A stretch of 63,981 nt of DNA, filler included, from Ionaspis alba (Eukaryota), in assembly GCA_964255285.1 (NCBI GenBank). It is 3 parts of 3 records of this genome, joined end to end, with 100 filler letters (N's around TTAATTAATTAA, not from the genome) between each part and the next. Parts side by side here need not be neighbours in the genome. Positions count along the whole stretch, not along the records: positions 45,381 to 63,981 come from CAXUUL010000287.1; 2 more parts are not named here. The stretch is one strand, 5' to 3'. The notes beneath the pieces were generated by a model that saw only the letters and a list, made by a program, of their open reading frames with translations, did no database searches and was not told where the DNA came from. The position numbers and the translations under genes were made by a program. Positions 61,780 through 63,981 of the stretch are shown here, one piece after another. The first letter of the stretch is position 1; each line of letters opens with the position of its first letter.

Positions 61780-63405
61780 CTACAATCTAGCTCTCTCACC
61801 CGGTGAAACCAACGGATCATACACACCCAGGCCGAGGGTATCAGTCGGAACACTAGTGGAATGTAGACTCAGTCCTCGCGTATCGACCAGAGTTGGGTTC
61901 AACTGCTCCACGCTAGAACAGCCAATAAGCCTCATGTTCATCTCCATCTCATCCTTCAACAATTGCATAGCACGGTCGACCCCAGGTAGACCATACGCAC
62001 TCATAGCGAACAAGAAAGGACGTCCAATACCAACACCCTTGGCGCCGAGGCACAATGCCTTGATGATGTCGGTAGCTCGTCGAACACCGCCGTCAATGTA
62101 GATCTCGATGCGATTCTCCCAGCCACGCTCACGAAGCACTGGCATAACCTCGGCGAGGACTTCAATACCTGATCTAGCGAAGTCGAGTTGACGACCTCCG
62201 TGATTAGAGAGTACGACTCCATGAACACCCATCTCAATTGCTCGGATGACATCCTCGACTCTCTGGACCCCCTTGAGCAGGATTGGCATCTTTGTAATGC
62301 TCAAGAACCACGGGATGTCTTTCCAGCTCAGTGATGGGTCGATGAAAGAGGAGATGGCACGAGCTGCACCTTGCGAACGGTCGACGTTGTCACCGCCGGT
62401 GTTCTGAACATTTGAGCCAACGTCGGAGAACTTGCTTCGCATGTCTTTTTCTCGACGTCCAAGTTGCGGAGCATCAACGGTGATGAACAGTCCTTTGCAG
62501 CCACGCTTCTCAGCATGCTCAACGATACGCTTCGTGATTGCGCGGTCCTTGTTGACGTAGAGTTGCAGCCACTGGACTTGTTCTCCCTCCGCGGCATCCA
62601 TTATTTCGTCGAATGAGCAGCTGGCTAGTGTTGGAATCATCTGAATCACATTGTGTTTCTTGGCGCCTCTTGTCAGGATCACCTCGCCTTCCGGGTTACC
62701 TAGCTTTCCGAGCGCAGTAGCGGTCACGTAAAATGGTATATCGACCTTCGTACCCAGCATTGTTGTTGATAGATCGACATTTTCTACATCCACCAGAACC
62801 CTTGGTCGGAACCATATTTTGTGATAAGCGGTGTGATTCTCTCGCATTGTCTATACCAAGTATTAGCGAAGTACTCTTGTACAGGTGAGTACCATTAAGC
62901 CTACAATCTCGTCGTCGGCGCCACTCGAATAATATGCCCAGGCGGTTTTTTTCATTACTCGGCGAGCCACGGCCTCAAAGTCCATCAAGTTGTAGCATTG
63001 CTCGAGTATTGGCATCCGCTTGATCTTCTCCTGTCTCTCTTGCTCATCTGGATCTTCCTCCTGGGCTTCTTGCTCCACCGTGCTCATGTCCACCTCGCCG
63101 AGATGCTTTGACTGATCCAGAAACTTGTCAAGCGTGTCGGGAGGATGTATCGGCTCGTAGGTTTCTGTTGCATCTTTACCGGCGAATTTGAGAATGATCT
63201 TGGGACCGCCTATGTCCTATTAGTTTCCAGTCATTTGCCACATGCTGCTGAGCATTGGCATACCTGGGTGCTCTGGCATGAATTCGGTGACGTCGTAAGC
63301 TTTTCCGTGAATGATTACCCAGCAGTCTTTGTCATTGTTGTGTTTCGCAACCTCCTCGCCGCGGAGCTTCTGCCCCTTCGGTTGCTGCTCGTTTTCGTGA
63401 TTCAT
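61780..63405 (-). CDS. CYB2: Flavocytochrome b2 (L-lactate dehydrogenase-like), 3 exons
   Basis: Cytochrome b5 domain ([13 protein letters not shown]...HPG) plus FMN domain ([48 protein letters not shown]). Confidence 0.95.
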
Positions 63406-63981
63406 CTTGTTCGCGGTCTATCGTATATGAGAATAATTTGAGTGGCTTCAGTACGCCTTTGAGAGATCAAACAGTAGGTGTTCGCAGGCAGAACGGTATA
63501 TATGGTGGCGAAGAGCGAGAAAAGAGAAAGTATGGAGACAGAAAAGATGGAGATCTAGTAGTCTAGTCAACGGCGGAAAGGCAAGGATGGGAGAGTCAAC
63601 GACAAGATTAAGATCGAGAACACACCAATTGACCGGTCTAGAGGAGATAGCGCCTAGAGGACTGCTGTGTGGGGGAATGCGGGGATTGAGTTGTGCTTCC
63701 GGGATGTTATCGGCCTCGGCATATAACGAAAACATTTCTGTATCCGCACGAAAGAATGGCTCTCTATACACGATGGTGGTAAAGATGGTGGAAAGGTATC
63801 TTTCTGTCCTGCGCCTCCGAAGTATCTTCATTGCCAGGCAATAAAATGGTATTCTTGAAACCAACCATGGAAATAATGGAGGATTTCCGGTAAGTCAACA
63901 ATGACGACATGCGGCTGAACCGAGCGGCCCAGCCTGCTGGAGCACTTCCCGGCCGACTGGTTCATATTTCCTGGTGTGTTT

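Overview
Gene-dense, intron-containing fungal chromosome segment (filamentous ascomycete, Pezizomycotina; GT-AG introns of about 45-150 nt with CTRAY branch points) in a draft scaffold with six 100-N gaps. It is mostly housekeeping genes: a GFA-like protein, a large Ser/Thr-rich hypothetical protein, GWT1, SWD1 divergent from RPB1, THG1, a 4-TM protein, a DUF4536-like protein, APM3 divergent from IEC3, an acidic-repeat orphan, OSH3, an IFRD-domain protein, IES6, a membrane protein, a five-exon DAD4 missed by the ORF track, ARP5, a kapC-like bZIP, RCC1/pim1, a TMEM16/IST2 scramblase, a metallophosphoesterase and CYB2. An accessory island at about 37.5-45.3 kb holds a bacterial-like chlorophyllase-type hydrolase, a stop-interrupted T5orf172/MUG113 gene, a PD-(D/E)XK-like pseudogene, a pogo/Fot1 transposase relic with RIP-like mutations and termini of an unnamed TA-associated repeat. 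Most notable: three INO80 subunit genes (IEC3, IES6, ARP5) in about 23 kb, a 154-bp near-perfect TA-flanked palindrome in the IES6 promoter, and uORFs ahead of the IFRD gene. All calls come from reading the sequence; no database searches were run.
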